Positions 39,083 through 50,524 are shown, numbered from the stretch's first letter. The stretch: DNA of 64,000 nucleotides from an uncultured Gammaproteobacteria bacterium (GCA_963741255.1 CAVUHM010000012.1:6957-70956), one strand, 5' to 3'. Made by a program: numbers and translations. Notes: generated by a model not told the origin, from the sequence alone.

Positions 39083-40414
39083 TCAAACGGCCGCGAGATC
39101 ACCGGTGCTGTTGCCGAGCGATTCGACCGGCACGCCCGCGCGCGCGAGCAGCGTGAGGATCAGGTTCGCGTGCGGCGTGTCGGCTGCAAACTCGAGGTGC
39201 TGGCCACCGGCCAATGCGCCGTAGCCGCGCCCGAACACGACCGACGGCAGCGGATTCGCGTTGTGCAGGTTCGAGTCGCTCATGTTGCTGCCGTAGAGCA
39301 GGATCGCGTGATCGAGCAGCGAGCCGTCGCCGTCGGGCGTGCGTTGAAGCTTCTCGAGGAACCGCGCGAACACCGTCGAGTGATACGTCTGCACGACCGC
39401 GAGCCGCGCCAGCTTGTCCGGATTGTTCTGGTGGTGCGACAGCGGATGGAACGCCTCCGAGATCCCCACCTGGTTGTACGTGAGCATGCTGATCTCGGCC
39501 GCCATCATGAACGTGACACGATCCGCGTGAGCCCGGCCTGATACGCGAGCGCGGCGAGATCGAACATCAGGTTGATGTGCTCGTCGAATTCCTGCGGCAC
39601 GCCGGCCGGCGCGTCGGGCAGATCGAGCTTCGAGAAATCCTGGTCCGCCATCTTCAGCGCCTGACGCTCGATCTCGCGGACCGAGTCCAAGATACTCGGC
39701 CATCCGCGCTTGATCGGCGGGGCCGAGCTTGCCGCGCAACGACGACGCTTCGTCGTTCACGAGGTCGAGCAAGCTGTCGGTTTGCGCGGCGATCGCTTCG
39801 CGCTCGGCGGCCGTGTCGCCTTGGCCGAACAAGCGATAGAACAGCTTGCGCGGGTTGTGCTCCATCGGCAGCGGCTGACGCGCCGCGCGGAACGAGATCG
39901 TCGAGCCGAAGCCGCAGCCGAACTCGGGGCTGCACGCCTGGCCGCTGCCGGGCTTCACCTCGGTGCAGAGCTCGAGCGACGGGAACGGCGCGTCGGCGCC
40001 GATCGTGCGCGCCGCGATTTGATCGGCCGAGATGCCGCGCTCGGGGTCGTCGGTCTTCGGCCACAGCGGCGACGAGCACGACAGCCACGTGCCGGGATTC
40101 ACGCTGTGCACGCCGGCGCCCTCGGCCGCCTGGTTGCGCAGGCCGCTCACGATCGTCATGTCGGCTTTGAACGGCGCGAACGGCTCAAGAATCTGCGGCA
40201 GGTCGAACGCGCGGCCGGTCGCCACGGGACGCCAACGATCCATGACCGCGCCGTGCGGCAGGTAGAAAAAGCCGAGCTTCGGTTTCGGCGCGGCGGCCGT
40301 CTGCGCGAGCGCCGTACCCGCCGGAATCATCGCGTCGAGCAACGGCAGCGACATGGACACGCCGAGCCCGCGAAGCACGGTACGACGCGACAGGTGTTTC
40401 TTGCTGACGAACAT
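39083..40414 (-). pseudogene. DUF1552 domain protein with TAT-like signal (compensating frame changes around 39505-39700)
   Basis: ORF 39083..40465 from ATG 40414 (MFVSKKHLSRRTVLRGLGVSMSL). The conserved middle segment reads in ORF 39505..39690 (DSVREIERQ...EFDEHINLMFDLAALAYQAGLTRI), while the main frame is Arg/Ala junk there. Confidence 0.75.
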
Positions 40415-40433
40415 GCGCGATGCCCCCGGCAAC

Positions 40434-42922
40434 TCAGTCGCCGACCGCAACGGCCGTGAGCTCATCGGCCGGTTGCGAGGCGCCTTTCATCTGAAACTGC
40501 GCGCTCTCGACGATACCCCAAACCAGCGCCGAAAACCGGTAGTCGTCCTCCGCGGCCGCGCGCACGATGCCGCGCACCGTCGGCATGTCGGCGGGCCCAA
40601 GCGTGCGGCCGAGCGCGTAAGTCATTAATTTTTCGGTCAATGTCTGAACGAACTGGTCGGGCCGCGCGAGCAGCGCGCGCCGCAGCTCGACGGGACCGGT
40701 CACGACCGTGCCGTCGATCAGCACGCCCGACGCGTCGATCGGGGCGCGGGCCTCGCGGTCGACGACTCGCCAACGGCCGACCGCATCGAAGTTTTCGAGC
40801 GCGAAGCCGAGCGGATCGATGACGCCGTGGCACGCGTTGCACGACGGATTCGTGCGGTGCGCCTCGAGCCGCGCGCGCACCGTGCTCGCGGCCTGGCCTT
40901 CGACGGTCTCGACGAGCGCCTCGACGTTCGGCGGCGGCGACTCCGGCGGGACCCCAAGCACGTTCTCGAGCAGCCACTGGCCGCGCAGCACGGGCGACGT
41001 GCGGTTCGGATACGACGACGCGAGCAGCACGCCGCCCTTGCCGAGCAGCCCGAAGCGGTTCTGCGTCGGCGAGCTCGACGCGGCGGAAGCGCGTGCCGCG
41101 CACGTCGTCGACGCCGTAGTGGCGCGCGAGCGTCTCGTTCGCGAACGTGTAGCTCGCCGTCAAGAGATCGAGCACGGACTGCGTCGGAGCGAAAGACGCT
41201 GTCGACGAACAGCGTGAGCTCCGTGACGAAGTGCTGCGCGGATCTGCCGGTCGACGTCGGCGAACACGGACGGATCGGGCGCGAGGCCGTCGAGCTCGCC
41301 CAAGTTCAGCCACTGGTACGCGAAGTTCGTCGCGAGCGTCTCGGCACGCGGGTCGGCGAGCATGCGCTCGACTTGGCGCAAGAGCACGGTCGGGTCCTGC
41401 AGCTCGCCGCGCGGCCGCGAGCTCGAGCAGCTCGGCGTCCGGGATCGAGCTCCATAAGAAGAATGAGAGCCGCGACGCGAGCTCGACGCCGCTCAGGGAG
41501 TAGCGTCGCACCGGGCGCCGTGCCTTCCGGGCGCCGGCTCGAAGCGATACAGGAACTTCGGGTGCGCGAGCACGCCCGACGAGCGCGTACTTGACGCCCT
41601 CCTCGAAACCGCCGGCCTCGTGACCCGAGTCGTACAGCCGCATCAGGCGCGGCAGATCGTCGGCCGTGAATGCGCCGCGGAACGCCTCGCTCGCGAGCGC
41701 GGCGACGATCCGCTCCGCGCAGGGTCGTTCGGCAACGCTCCTGCGTTGCTCTACCGCGGGCATCCCTGCCCGCGTCCTCTGCGGCGACCTCGGGGCGGCA
41801 CGCGAAGATCTTCGTGCGGCTCGGCGTCTCGCTCAAACCCGTGGCGCGCGACGGGACCGAACACCTCGACCGAGTTCAGCGTGAGCACGGTGTCCTGGCC
41901 GCCGCCGGGCACGAGCGCGTAGAGCTGCCGATCGGATTCCGCGAACGAGCGGTGCAGGAACGTCACGCCGAGCCGGTGCACGCCCGCGGTCGCGGTGAAC
42001 GGAATGTTCTTCAGGCGCGCGTTGATCTTGTCGACGGCCGGCGCGCCGATCTGATCGAGCTCCTTCAAATCTTCACCGCCGCCGATGTCGAGCTCGAAGA
42101 ATCTGCGGCCGTCGAGCACCGCGATCACGGTGGCCTTGTGCTCTTGGTTGAAGCCCCAGAGTCCCGTCACGAGATCGCCGATGTTGAGCCGGTACTCGCC
42201 GTCGGCCGGAAAGTGGTGCTCGATCAGCGCGCCGCCGCGCGTGCCGAGCGGCAGACCCTCGACGTGAAACTGCTGCGCGCGCGCGTTGCCGATCGTGTAC
42301 GGCACGCCGACCGCGCGCGGTGCAGCGTTGCCGACCGCTTGCGCGCTCAGATTGCGGGCGGCGCTCAAGAACTGATCGATGAACGACGGGCGATACCGTG
42401 AGCGCGCTCGCGATGTTGTCGAAGCCTGCGGCCGAGCCGTCGACCGGCAACAGCGTCGCGGGATCGACCTCGAGCGCCAGCAGATCGCGAATCGCATTCG
42501 CGTACTCCGTGCGATTCATGCTGTGCGGCGTGACGTAGCCGGGCTCCGGCGTCGGCGCTGCCGCGTCGAGGCTCGCCTCGAGCCACGCGACGAACGCATC
42601 GACCTCCGCGTTGTCGGGCTTCACTCCGCCCGGCGGCGGCATCATGCGGCCGCGCAGCTTGCGCACGGCGCGCTCCCAGACTTCCGCGTGCGCGCCGATC
42701 GTCGTCGCGGCTTCAAGCGCGTCGAAGTCGATGTCGGCCGTGAGATCGGTGTCGTTGTGGCACTCGTAGCAGTAGTTGCTCGACGAACGGCCAACGCTCG
42801 CCGGTTTCGGCGCGCAGATCCTCGGGCGACGGCGCGCCGCCGCAACCCGCGAGCGCGAGCGCGACGGCGCACGCGGCCGCAGCGCGCCGCGCGCTAAGCG
42901 ATGTTGCGCAACCGCGTGTCAT
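40434..42922 (-). pseudogene. DUF1592/DUF1588/DUF1585-type protein with N-terminal haem-c-like CxxCH motif (many frame changes)
   Basis: The lipoprotein-like start MTRGCATSLSARRAAAACAVALALAGC is at ATG 42922. YCYECH is encoded near 42760. Conserved pieces lie in minus ORFs 42073..42666, 41751..42497, 41306..41836, 40462..41763 and 40434..41030. Confidence 0.7.
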
Positions 42923-43863
42923 GCGCGTCCCGCAGGTGTGCCCCAGGTGCTCTGCGAACGCCAGCGTCACGAACTGCGTCGGATCGCCGAACTTCGCGTC
43001 GAACTCGGCCGTCGGCTTCGCGGCCAGCACCTCGTCGACCGCGAGCGCCTTGATCAGCATCGCGTGGATCCGCTCGAACACCGTGAGGTACATCGTGTGC
43101 TGCGCGTTCAGCTCCGCGAACGACATGATCGGGCCCGACGGCCGGCACGATCCGCGTGCGTTCGTTCGCGACCTCGAGCAAGCGATCGAAGCCGTTCAGC
43201 ATCCCCACCGTCCACCCACCGGTCCACCAGTCGATGATCGGCCAGGTCGTGTTCGAGACGAAACCGCCGGCGACGAGCACGTTCTCGTCGGGGAAGAACA
43301 CGAACAGGTCGCCGTCCGTGTGCGCATCGCGCGCCCAGCCGTAGTCGATGCGCCGGCCGCCGATCGTGCGCGTGCCGGGGTCGTAGACGGTCGTTGTCGG
43401 CCGTGCCGTCGGCGGGCAACGCGGGTGTTTCTCGATCGGACCAGCGCACCCAAACGTCGGTGCCGAGCCACAGCGCCGTGTTTTCGTGCGCGACGATCTC
43501 GACGCCGCGCCCGCCGAGCGCGGCATTCGAGCCCGTCTGCTCCTCGTGCCAATGCGTGTTGAACAGCGCGCGCATCGGCCTGCCGGGAAAAATCTGCTCG
43601 ACGGTGTCGCGCATCTCGGCGGCCCACGCGTGGTCTCCGCCGTCGACCATCACGACGCCGTCGCTGCTGTCCGCGCACAGCACGTTCGCATTCGGGCCCA
43701 TCACGAGCGCCATCGCGTCGGAAAGCCGCAAGACGCCGAGCTCCGCGAACTGTGCACGCGCGGGTCGCGGCCACGCGAGCGTGCCGCCAAGCGCCACGCA
43801 CGCGAGCGCCGCGGCCTGACGCAGCAGCTCGCGGCGCGCGGGATTGGCGACGACCTGCGTCAT
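42894..43863 (-). pseudogene. MBL-fold metallo-hydrolase with TAT signal (at least 2 frame changes; 3' end uncertain)
   Basis: ATG 43863 overlaps the MAPEG stop in an ATGA junction. The TAT-like N-terminus is MTQVVANPARRELLRQAAALA. HWHEEQTG lies in ORF 43108..44382, and later blocks lie in ORFs 42894..43526 and 42713..43126. Confidence 0.65.
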
Positions 43864-44279
43864 GAGCGCTCGAGCAACAACCACGTCGTGTTCGCGAGCA
43901 GCAGCAACAGCACGAGCGACGCCGCCGCGAACACGCAGAACCGAATCATGATCACGTTGCGCGTCGCCTGAACGAGCGAATGAACCACGCGCAGCCCGAC
44001 GTAGGTCCACGCGAGCACGACGGCACAGATGTCGACCGCGTTCGCGAGCTGCGTCGCGAGCGCCAGCGCATAGAAAATCGTCGGCTGCTCGTGCAGATGA
44101 TTGTAGTTGTCGGCGACGCGCGAGACTTCGGGCGGCAGCTCGAGCTTCGCGCCCGTGCGCGACACCTGGACGAGATCGACACGCGCAGCCTTCATCGCCG
44201 GGATCCGCGTTGCGTACAGCCACACCCACATCACGAACGTCCAGCCGATCAACGCCAGAACGGGCGGGATGAGGCTCAT
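43860..44279 (-). CDS. MAPEG family membrane protein
   Basis: 139-aa ORF with 4 hydrophobic helices. It has the motif R..DNY.HL.EQP.IFY typical of bacterial MAPEG proteins. Confidence 0.75.
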   Translation of the reverse strand: MSLIPPVLALIGWTFVMWVWLYATRIPAMKAARVDLVQVSRTGAKLELPPEVSRVADNYNHLHEQPTIFYALALATQLANAVDICAVVLAWTYVGLRVVHSLVQATRNVIMIRFCVFAAASLVLLLLLANTTWLLLERS

Positions 44280-44291
44280 GGTCGCACGCCG

Positions 44292-45280
44292 TCAGCGGCG
44301 CGGCTGGCTCGCGTTCTGCCGCGACAACGCCGCGTAGCCGCGATTGACCATGCGAGTCGGGTCGCCGTAGCGCGCGTCCCACTCGGCCGTCGGCTTCGCT
44401 GCGATTGCCTGCTCGAGCGTCGCGCCGCTGCGAATCAGATCCGAAAGCTTCGCGCGCACGCCTTTCAGCATCGCGATGTAGGCTTCGAGGTCTGCGTACT
44501 TCGCGACGGCTCCGTGACCTGGGATCACGATCGCGCCGGGTTGCAGCTCCTTCAGCACGGCCTCGCAGAACGCGATCGTGCCGTCGAGGTCGCCGCCGTT
44601 GTCGGTGTCGATGAACGGATAGCCCGCGTTGTTGAACACGTCGCCGAGATGCACGGCGTTGTGGTTGCGGAAGATCACGGCCGCGTCACCGGTCGTGTGC
44701 GCCGGCCCGATGTGGATCAAATCGATGGTCTCACCGTTGAAATGGAGCTGCATCCGGTCCGTGAACGTCGCCATCGGCAGTGCGCCGGCGGGATATGTCT
44801 TCTGCGGGAAAGGCGGCCGCACGACGGTGTTGATCACGTTGTCGTGCAGCAGCATCGCGCGCGAGTTCGCGTGTGCAACGATCCACGTGCCCGTCGGGCC
44901 GAGCACCAGGTTTCCGTCGGCGTGGTCGTAGTGCCAGTGCGTGTTGATCGCGAAGTCGACGTCGCCGCCGCCGACCTCGCGGATCGCCGCGAGGTAGCGC
45001 GGCACGAGCTCGGGGAACTGTGTGTCGACGGCCAGTACGCCGTCGGTGCCTATGGAGACGGCGATATTGCCGCCGAGGCCGAACAGCACGTAGAGATTCT
45101 CACCGACTTTCTCGGTGCGGATCTCGGCGGCCGCGAGCTGCTCCGCCGTGACTTGCGCGGCGGTCGGCAGCGCGAACGCCGCAAGGACGCCAAAATTGCG
45201 GTCGGCGCGCGAACGTCGTCAACGACGGGCGTTGGCAAAAAGAACAACGCCGAACCGATTGCCAAAAATCGAAACTTCAT
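44292..45280 (-). pseudogene. MBL-fold metallo-hydrolase, exported (frameshift in the signal-peptide region)
   Basis: ATG 45280 is preceded by GAGGAGG. The body is ORF 44292..45089 with HWHYDHADG. The N-terminal ~60 aa need another frame (FGVLAAFALPTAAQVTAEQL...). Confidence 0.75.
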
Positions 45281-45334
45281 CGTCGCCTCCTCAAAGATCG
45301 GCGCCTTGCTTACCGTGCACGACGGGCCGTCAAT

Positions 45335-46025
45335 TCACTTGCCGCGGCCACCGATCGCGCGATAGATCAGAGCGCCGAGAGCTCCGCCCACGAGCGGCGC
45401 CAGCCAAAACAGCCAGAGCTGGGTGACCGCCCAGCCACCGACGTACACGGCGACGCCCGTGCTGCGCGCGGGATTCACGGACGTGTTGGTCACGGGAATG
45501 CTGATCAGGTGGATCAGCGTCAAGCGCCAAACCGATCGCGATCGGCGCGAAGCCTGCCGGAGCGCGCCCATCCGTCGCGCCGAGAATGATCACGAGAAAC
45601 ATCGCGGTCATCACGATCTCGGTCACGAGCGCCGCGAGCAGTGAGTATTGCCCCGGCGAGTGCTCGCCGAAGCCGTTCGACGCGAAGCCCGCGGCGACGT
45701 CGAAGCCGGCCTGGCCGCTCGCAATGACGTACAGCACGCCACCCGCCACGATGCCGCCGAGCACCTGAGCCACGATGTACGGCGCAAGATCCTTTGCCGC
45801 GAACCGGCCCGCGACCGTCAAGCCGAGCGACACGGCCGGATTGAAATGACCGCCCGACACGTGCCCGACGGCGTACGCCATCGTGAGCACCGTGAGGCCG
45901 AACGCGAGCGAGACGCCGACGAGCCCGATGCCGACGTCGGGGAAAGCCGCAGCTAACACCGCACTGCCGCACCCGCCGAGGACCAACCAAAACGTGCCGA
46001 AAAATTCCGCGAGCAACTTATTCAT
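45335..46025 (-). pseudogene. aqpZ: Aquaporin Z (one frameshift near 45520)
   Basis: The N-terminus is [23 protein letters not shown], with the first NPA in HFNPAVS and the second in VNPARS. The junction ...IAIGLAL|TLIHLISIP is explained by one inserted base. Confidence 0.85.
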
Positions 46026-46129
46026 TGTTGTTCTCCGCTCAGCCGATCCCCAGCGCGCGTCGAAGCGCCGCGCCCCCGGGGGCGTATCTTAGCCCTCGTG
46101 CAGCGGGGCCGTACATGCGCGCACGGGCC

Positions 46130-48192
46130 TCAGCGGCGCGGCAACTTGAACGCCAGCAACTCACCGGCGTATTGCGCACCGCTGACCGCGACGACGAGAT
46201 ACTGCTCGCCGTTCAGCAGGTACGTCATCGGCGAGCCGCTCTGCGGCGCCGGCATGTAGACCGCGCCGACCTCGCGGCCCGTCGCCTTGTCGTACGCGCG
46301 CAGCATCGCGCCGACGCCTTCGGGCGTCGTCGTATTCAAGCGTTCGCCGGCAATCAGCAGCGTCTTCGTCACGAGCGTGCCCGGTGAGCCGGCTTGCCCG
46401 GTGCGTGGAATCGAGAGCCCTTGCAGCAGCGGATGGCTCTTGATGTCGTCGGGCGTCTCGCCGTGCGCGACTTGCCAGAGCATCTCGCCGCGCGTCATGT
46501 CGATCGCACTGATGCGGCCGTACGGCGGCTTCAAGAGCGGCAAGCCCTGCACGCGCGAGCGCGAGCTTCGGCGGCCCGCGCGATGGATCGCTCGGCGTCG
46601 CGGCTCGCCGTTCCGTCGGTTGGAACTCGCTGCGCCCTCCACCCGCGGCCGAGCCCGAGCCGCCCGTCGTGCGCGGCCCCGTGACGGCATTGCCTTCGAT
46701 ATACGCCATCTCGGACTGGCCCGGATACGGCGGCACGACGGCCTTGCTGATGACCGTGGTGCCGGAAGCCACGTAGAGGATGTTCGTCTCGGGATCGAAC
46801 GAGCCGCCCTGCCAGTTCGTGCCGCCGTCTTGGCTCGGCACCATCAGCGTGCCGAGCGGCCCGTCGATGTGGCTGACGACCGGCGGCGTGAACAGCGGAC
46901 CCATCTTGTGCCACGCGACGACGTCGAGCGCCTCGCGCCGCAGCGCCGGCGTGAAGTCGATCAGGTCGTTCTCGGTGATGCCCTGGCGGTCGTACGCCGG
47001 CGGCTTGGTCGGGATGCGGCTGCGTCGGCGAATACCATTCGCCCGGCACGTCGCCCTGCGGCACGGGCCGCTCCTCGATCGGCCACAGCGGCCGACCCGT
47101 CACGCGATCGAACACGTACAGGAACGCCTGCTTCGTCGGCTGCGCGACGGCTTTCACGGTCCTGCCGTCGATCACGGTGTCGAACAGGATCGGCGCGCAC
47201 GGGATATCCATGTCCCAGATGCCGTGGTGCACGAGCTGGAAGTGCCACTTGCGCTCGCCCGTGTTCAGATCGACTGCGAGCAGCGTCTCGCTATAGAGGT
47301 TGTCGCCGGGCCGCTCGCCGCCGTAGTAGTCGCCGGTCGCTTCCTCGACGGGCAGATACACGGTCTCGAGCTCGGGGTCGACCGAGATCTGGCCCCACAC
47401 GCCCGTGTTGCCGGTGTACTCGTTCGACGCCTTGAGCCAGCTCTCGGTGCCGAACTCGCCGCGCATCGGCACGGTGTGAAAGATCCACAGGCGCTCGCCG
47501 GTTCGCGCGTCGTAGCCGCGCACGTAGCCCTTCGTCATGCGCGCGCTCGTGGGGTTCGCGCCGGTCGGGTGCGCGGCGCCGACGACGATCACGTTCTTCG
47601 CGACGATCGGCGTCGCGTGCAGGCCGATCTCGCCGTTCAACGCGTCGATCGTTTGGTCGTCGTTGAGCTTGAGATCGACGATGCCGTCGACGCCGAACCC
47701 GGCGACGCGGTCGCCGGTGCGCGCGTCGAGCGCGATCATTTGATAGCCCGGCGTTACGTAGACGATGCGCTTGTCGTCACCGCTCTCCCAATACGCGAGC
47801 CCGCGGCCCGAGAGCTGGCGCGGCGCGACTTGGCCGCGCTGCCCTTCGTCCAAACGATGGATCCACAGGAGCTCGCCGGTCGCGGCGTCGAGCGCGACGA
47901 CGGCGCGGCGTGAACCGGCCGTCGAGTAGATCACGCCGTCGATCATGAGCGGCGTGGATTGGAAATTGAACTCGCGGTTCGGCCCGAGGCTATCCGTCTT
48001 GAAGCGCCATGCGATCTCGAGCCGATTGAAATTGCTCGCGTCGATTTGCTCGAGCGGCGCGTAGCGCGTGTGGCCGAGATCGCCGCCGTAGGTGGTCCAC
48101 TCGCCGCCCACGGCGCCGCGCTGGGCGTGCGCGCTGACCGCCACCACCATGCCGGCAACGCCGGCCAAGACAAGGGTTCCCCGTCGGATCAT
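46130..48192 (-). pseudogene. PQQ-dependent dehydrogenase, exported (2-3 frame changes)
   Basis: ATG 48192 gives a signal peptide. The pieces come from minus ORFs 46531..48285, 46161..46904 and 46130..46690. It is a paralogue of 28337..30325, sharing WHFQLVHHGIWDMD / [14 protein letters not shown]. Confidence 0.8.
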
Positions 48193-48375
48193 GCTCGGCC
48201 TCTTCGGCTCTTGGATTATCCGCGGAGTATAGGCCGACTCGCGGCTCGCGCAGCAGCCCAGCTGAATCCGCAGCGCACTGTGCATTTCCGACGTAGGGGT
48301 GCCGTTGGAACCGGACTGCGCGTTTCGAACTGCGCCGTTACGATGCCTTTAACGGGTATGTATAGGGGTTAGAGA

Positions 48376-48771
48376 ATGCGTATTCCGTCTGGCACGCGTG
48401 CAGGTGTGGAGTCGCACGGCATCGATCTCGCACCGATGCTCGATTTTGTGGTCAATCTCCTGATCTTTTTCATCATCACGGCCGTCTTCGTGAAACAGGC
48501 CGGCGTTACGGTCAGCCGTCCCGACGTCTCGTCGGGAATCGAAAAGATTTCGAAGTCCATCCTCATCGACGAACGAGGCGAGATTTCGGTCGACGCAAAA
48601 GCCGTCGACATTCGCGCACTGCGTGCTCACGTCGAGCAGCATCGCGCCACGAGCGAGGGTGGCGTCGTGGTGGTCGCGCACGAGCGTGCACCGACCGGTG
48701 TGCTCGTCGATGTCGTCGACGAGGTTCGCCTCGGTGGAATCGTGGACATCACATTTACCACAGCGCGGTAG
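48376..48771 (+). CDS. exbD: ExbD/TolR family biopolymer transport protein (orphan)
   Basis: 131-aa ORF with a single TM (IDLAPMLDFVVNLLIFFIITAVF) and an ExbD-like periplasmic domain. No exbB or tonB gene is adjacent. Confidence 0.75.
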   Translation: MRIPSGTRAGVESHGIDLAPMLDFVVNLLIFFIITAVFVKQAGVTVSRPDVSSGIEKISKSILIDERGEISVDAKAVDIRALRAHVEQHRATSEGGVVVVAHERAPTGVLVDVVDEVRLGGIVDITFTTAR

Positions 48772-48823
48772 GACCGCCCCTCAGTGCGCCCCTCGGTCGC
48801 CGAGATCATCGCGACGAGCCGGA

Positions 48824-50464
48824 TCAGAGGTGGCGCGAGTGCCGGAGCACGCGCCATTTCTCGCGCCAGGTCACGCGTTGGTCCGAAAGCGCATCGAGGA
48901 AGTCGGCCAGCACTTTCGATTTCACGACCGTGTAGATCGTGATCGCGCCGGTCGTCACGAGGACCACCAGGAACAGGAACACGCGCCAGAGCAGCGGCGT
49001 GTCGGCTTCCGCGAGCACATTCATGCCGAGGAAACCGGTCGCGACTGTGCCGATCAAGCCGCAGATCGTGACGACCGTGAGGCGCAGAATCGTTTGCGCC
49101 TGGCGTCGCGCGCTGTCGGTGTCGAGGTACTCGTTCATATCGGCGACCTCGCTCCGAACCTCGTTGTAGAGAGCGTCGTTGCCGAGATGCCGGCTCAGTC
49201 GACTGAAGATCGTGCGCGCCAGGTCCTGGTTCGAGACCTCGTGGAACCAGTAGCGATGCGTGAAGCGCAGAAACACCTCCATCGATTGCCGAATCGTGCG
49301 TTTGAAATGGCGCACGGACTCGGTCTCGCCGACGTCGAGGCGATTCATCGCGACCGCGAGCTCGTCGGACATCGAGAGCAGCGCAGCCTTGTGAAAGTGT
49401 GCGATCAGGAACAATAGGAAGTACTGATGCTTGAACTGCCCGAGCATGCCCGTCTCGCGGCCATCGAAGAACATGTCGCCGTGCCGCCCGACCACGGCCA
49501 GCAAGAGGCCGGTGCAGATCAAGCGCGCATCGCCGGAGAAGTGCTCGCCGTCGCGCCCCCAGAAGCGGTCGTCGCAGAACTCGTTCTCGAATTGCTCGAG
49601 AGAGCGAGTCGAGTACGGCAACGACTCGCTCGTGCCGGGCCGCGTCAAGAGGCCGAGGCGCACGAAGTCCGCGCGCGAGAGCACGGTCGGATCGTCGAGC
49701 GCCATGTACACCATCAACGGCATTCGGTAGTGCTCGAGCTGGCGATAGCGCAACGCGGCAGTTTGCCCCGGGTGCTCGAGGCCCAAAGGCTTCAGCAGGA
49801 ACTGCCAATGCGAAGCCAAGTAGGGCGTCCGGTGCTTGGCCACATAGCTCAGGAAACTCGGCTTCTGCTCGTAGTCGGACGTCGCGAGCACGGTGCCCGC
49901 GGCGTCTAGCCATTCCACGAGGCGCGGGCAATTGCCGCCCTCGCCCGTGCTCGTCCACCACGCCGGGTACGCTCGACCGAAGCGGAACACCATGTCCTGA
50001 GCCCGATCGAGCGGAATATTGTTGGCGCAGAGCTCCACCGTCAGGATCGCGACGTCGGCATCCAGGAAGAAATAGAGCGCGACCTCTTCGACGTCGAACG
50101 ACACCGCATCGCCCTCGGCGAACGTGACGCGAACGCGAACGACGTCGTCGCGCCGAAACACTCGCAGGCTGCGTTCCTCGGCGCGGCCCGCGGCCTCTTG
50201 GCCCGCGCTGGAGCCGTAGATGAACCGCTGCACGTACGGCAGAAAGGTCACGAACTCCTTGTAGTACCGCTCGCGGATCTCGCGAGATTCGGCATTCAGC
50301 TCATCGCGCAGCTCGCGCCACGGGTGGCCCGCACCTGCTTGGTCGAGCGCCTGCCAATGCCGCTGCACGGGTGCGCCCGGCTTCAGCGGCATCAACTGCA
50401 GCGGCCAGAACACGACTTGGCGAAAGTGGCGGATCGTTGTCATCTCAAGGGGAAGCACGAGCAT
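48824..50464 (-). CDS. CorA-like GMN-motif membrane protein with a ~430-aa uncharacterised N-terminal domain
   Basis: 546-aa intact ORF. The C-terminus has two TM helices with GFLGMNV between a coiled region and the second helix. I do not recognise the N-terminal domain. Confidence 0.7.
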   Translation of the reverse strand: MLVLPLEMTTIRHFRQVVFWPLQLMPLKPGAPVQRHWQALDQAGAGHPWRELRDELNAESREIRERYYKEFVTFLPYVQRFIYGSSAGQEAAGRAEERSLRVFRRDDVVRVRVTFAEGDAVSFDVEEVALYFFLDADVAILTVELCANNIPLDRAQDMVFRFGRAYPAWWTSTGEGGNCPRLVEWLDAAGTVLATSDYEQKPSFLSYVAKHRTPYLASHWQFLLKPLGLEHPGQTAALRYRQLEHYRMPLMVYMALDDPTVLSRADFVRLGLLTRPGTSESLPYSTRSLEQFENEFCDDRFWGRDGEHFSGDARLICTGLLLAVVGRHGDMFFDGRETGMLGQFKHQYFLLFLIAHFHKAALLSMSDELAVAMNRLDVGETESVRHFKRTIRQSMEVFLRFTHRYWFHEVSNQDLARTIFSRLSRHLGNDALYNEVRSEVADMNEYLDTDSARRQAQTILRLTVVTICGLIGTVATGFLGMNVLAEADTPLLWRVFLFLVVLVTTGAITIYTVVKSKVLADFLDALSDQRVTWREKWRVLRHSRHL

Positions 50465-50524
50465 GGAAGCGGCGCGTTATTGTACTCGTTGCCGCGCCCG
50501 TCGCCTTGGATCACACTTTCGACG

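Noticed and set aside
38766-39224. ORFs crossing the hairpin region with repeated peptide segments (PEDRPWGSCAHIPVR... / PEDHPWGSSAHIPVR...)
   Set aside because: The peptide repeat follows directly from the inverted DNA duplication read in both directions. There is no start context or coding-like composition.
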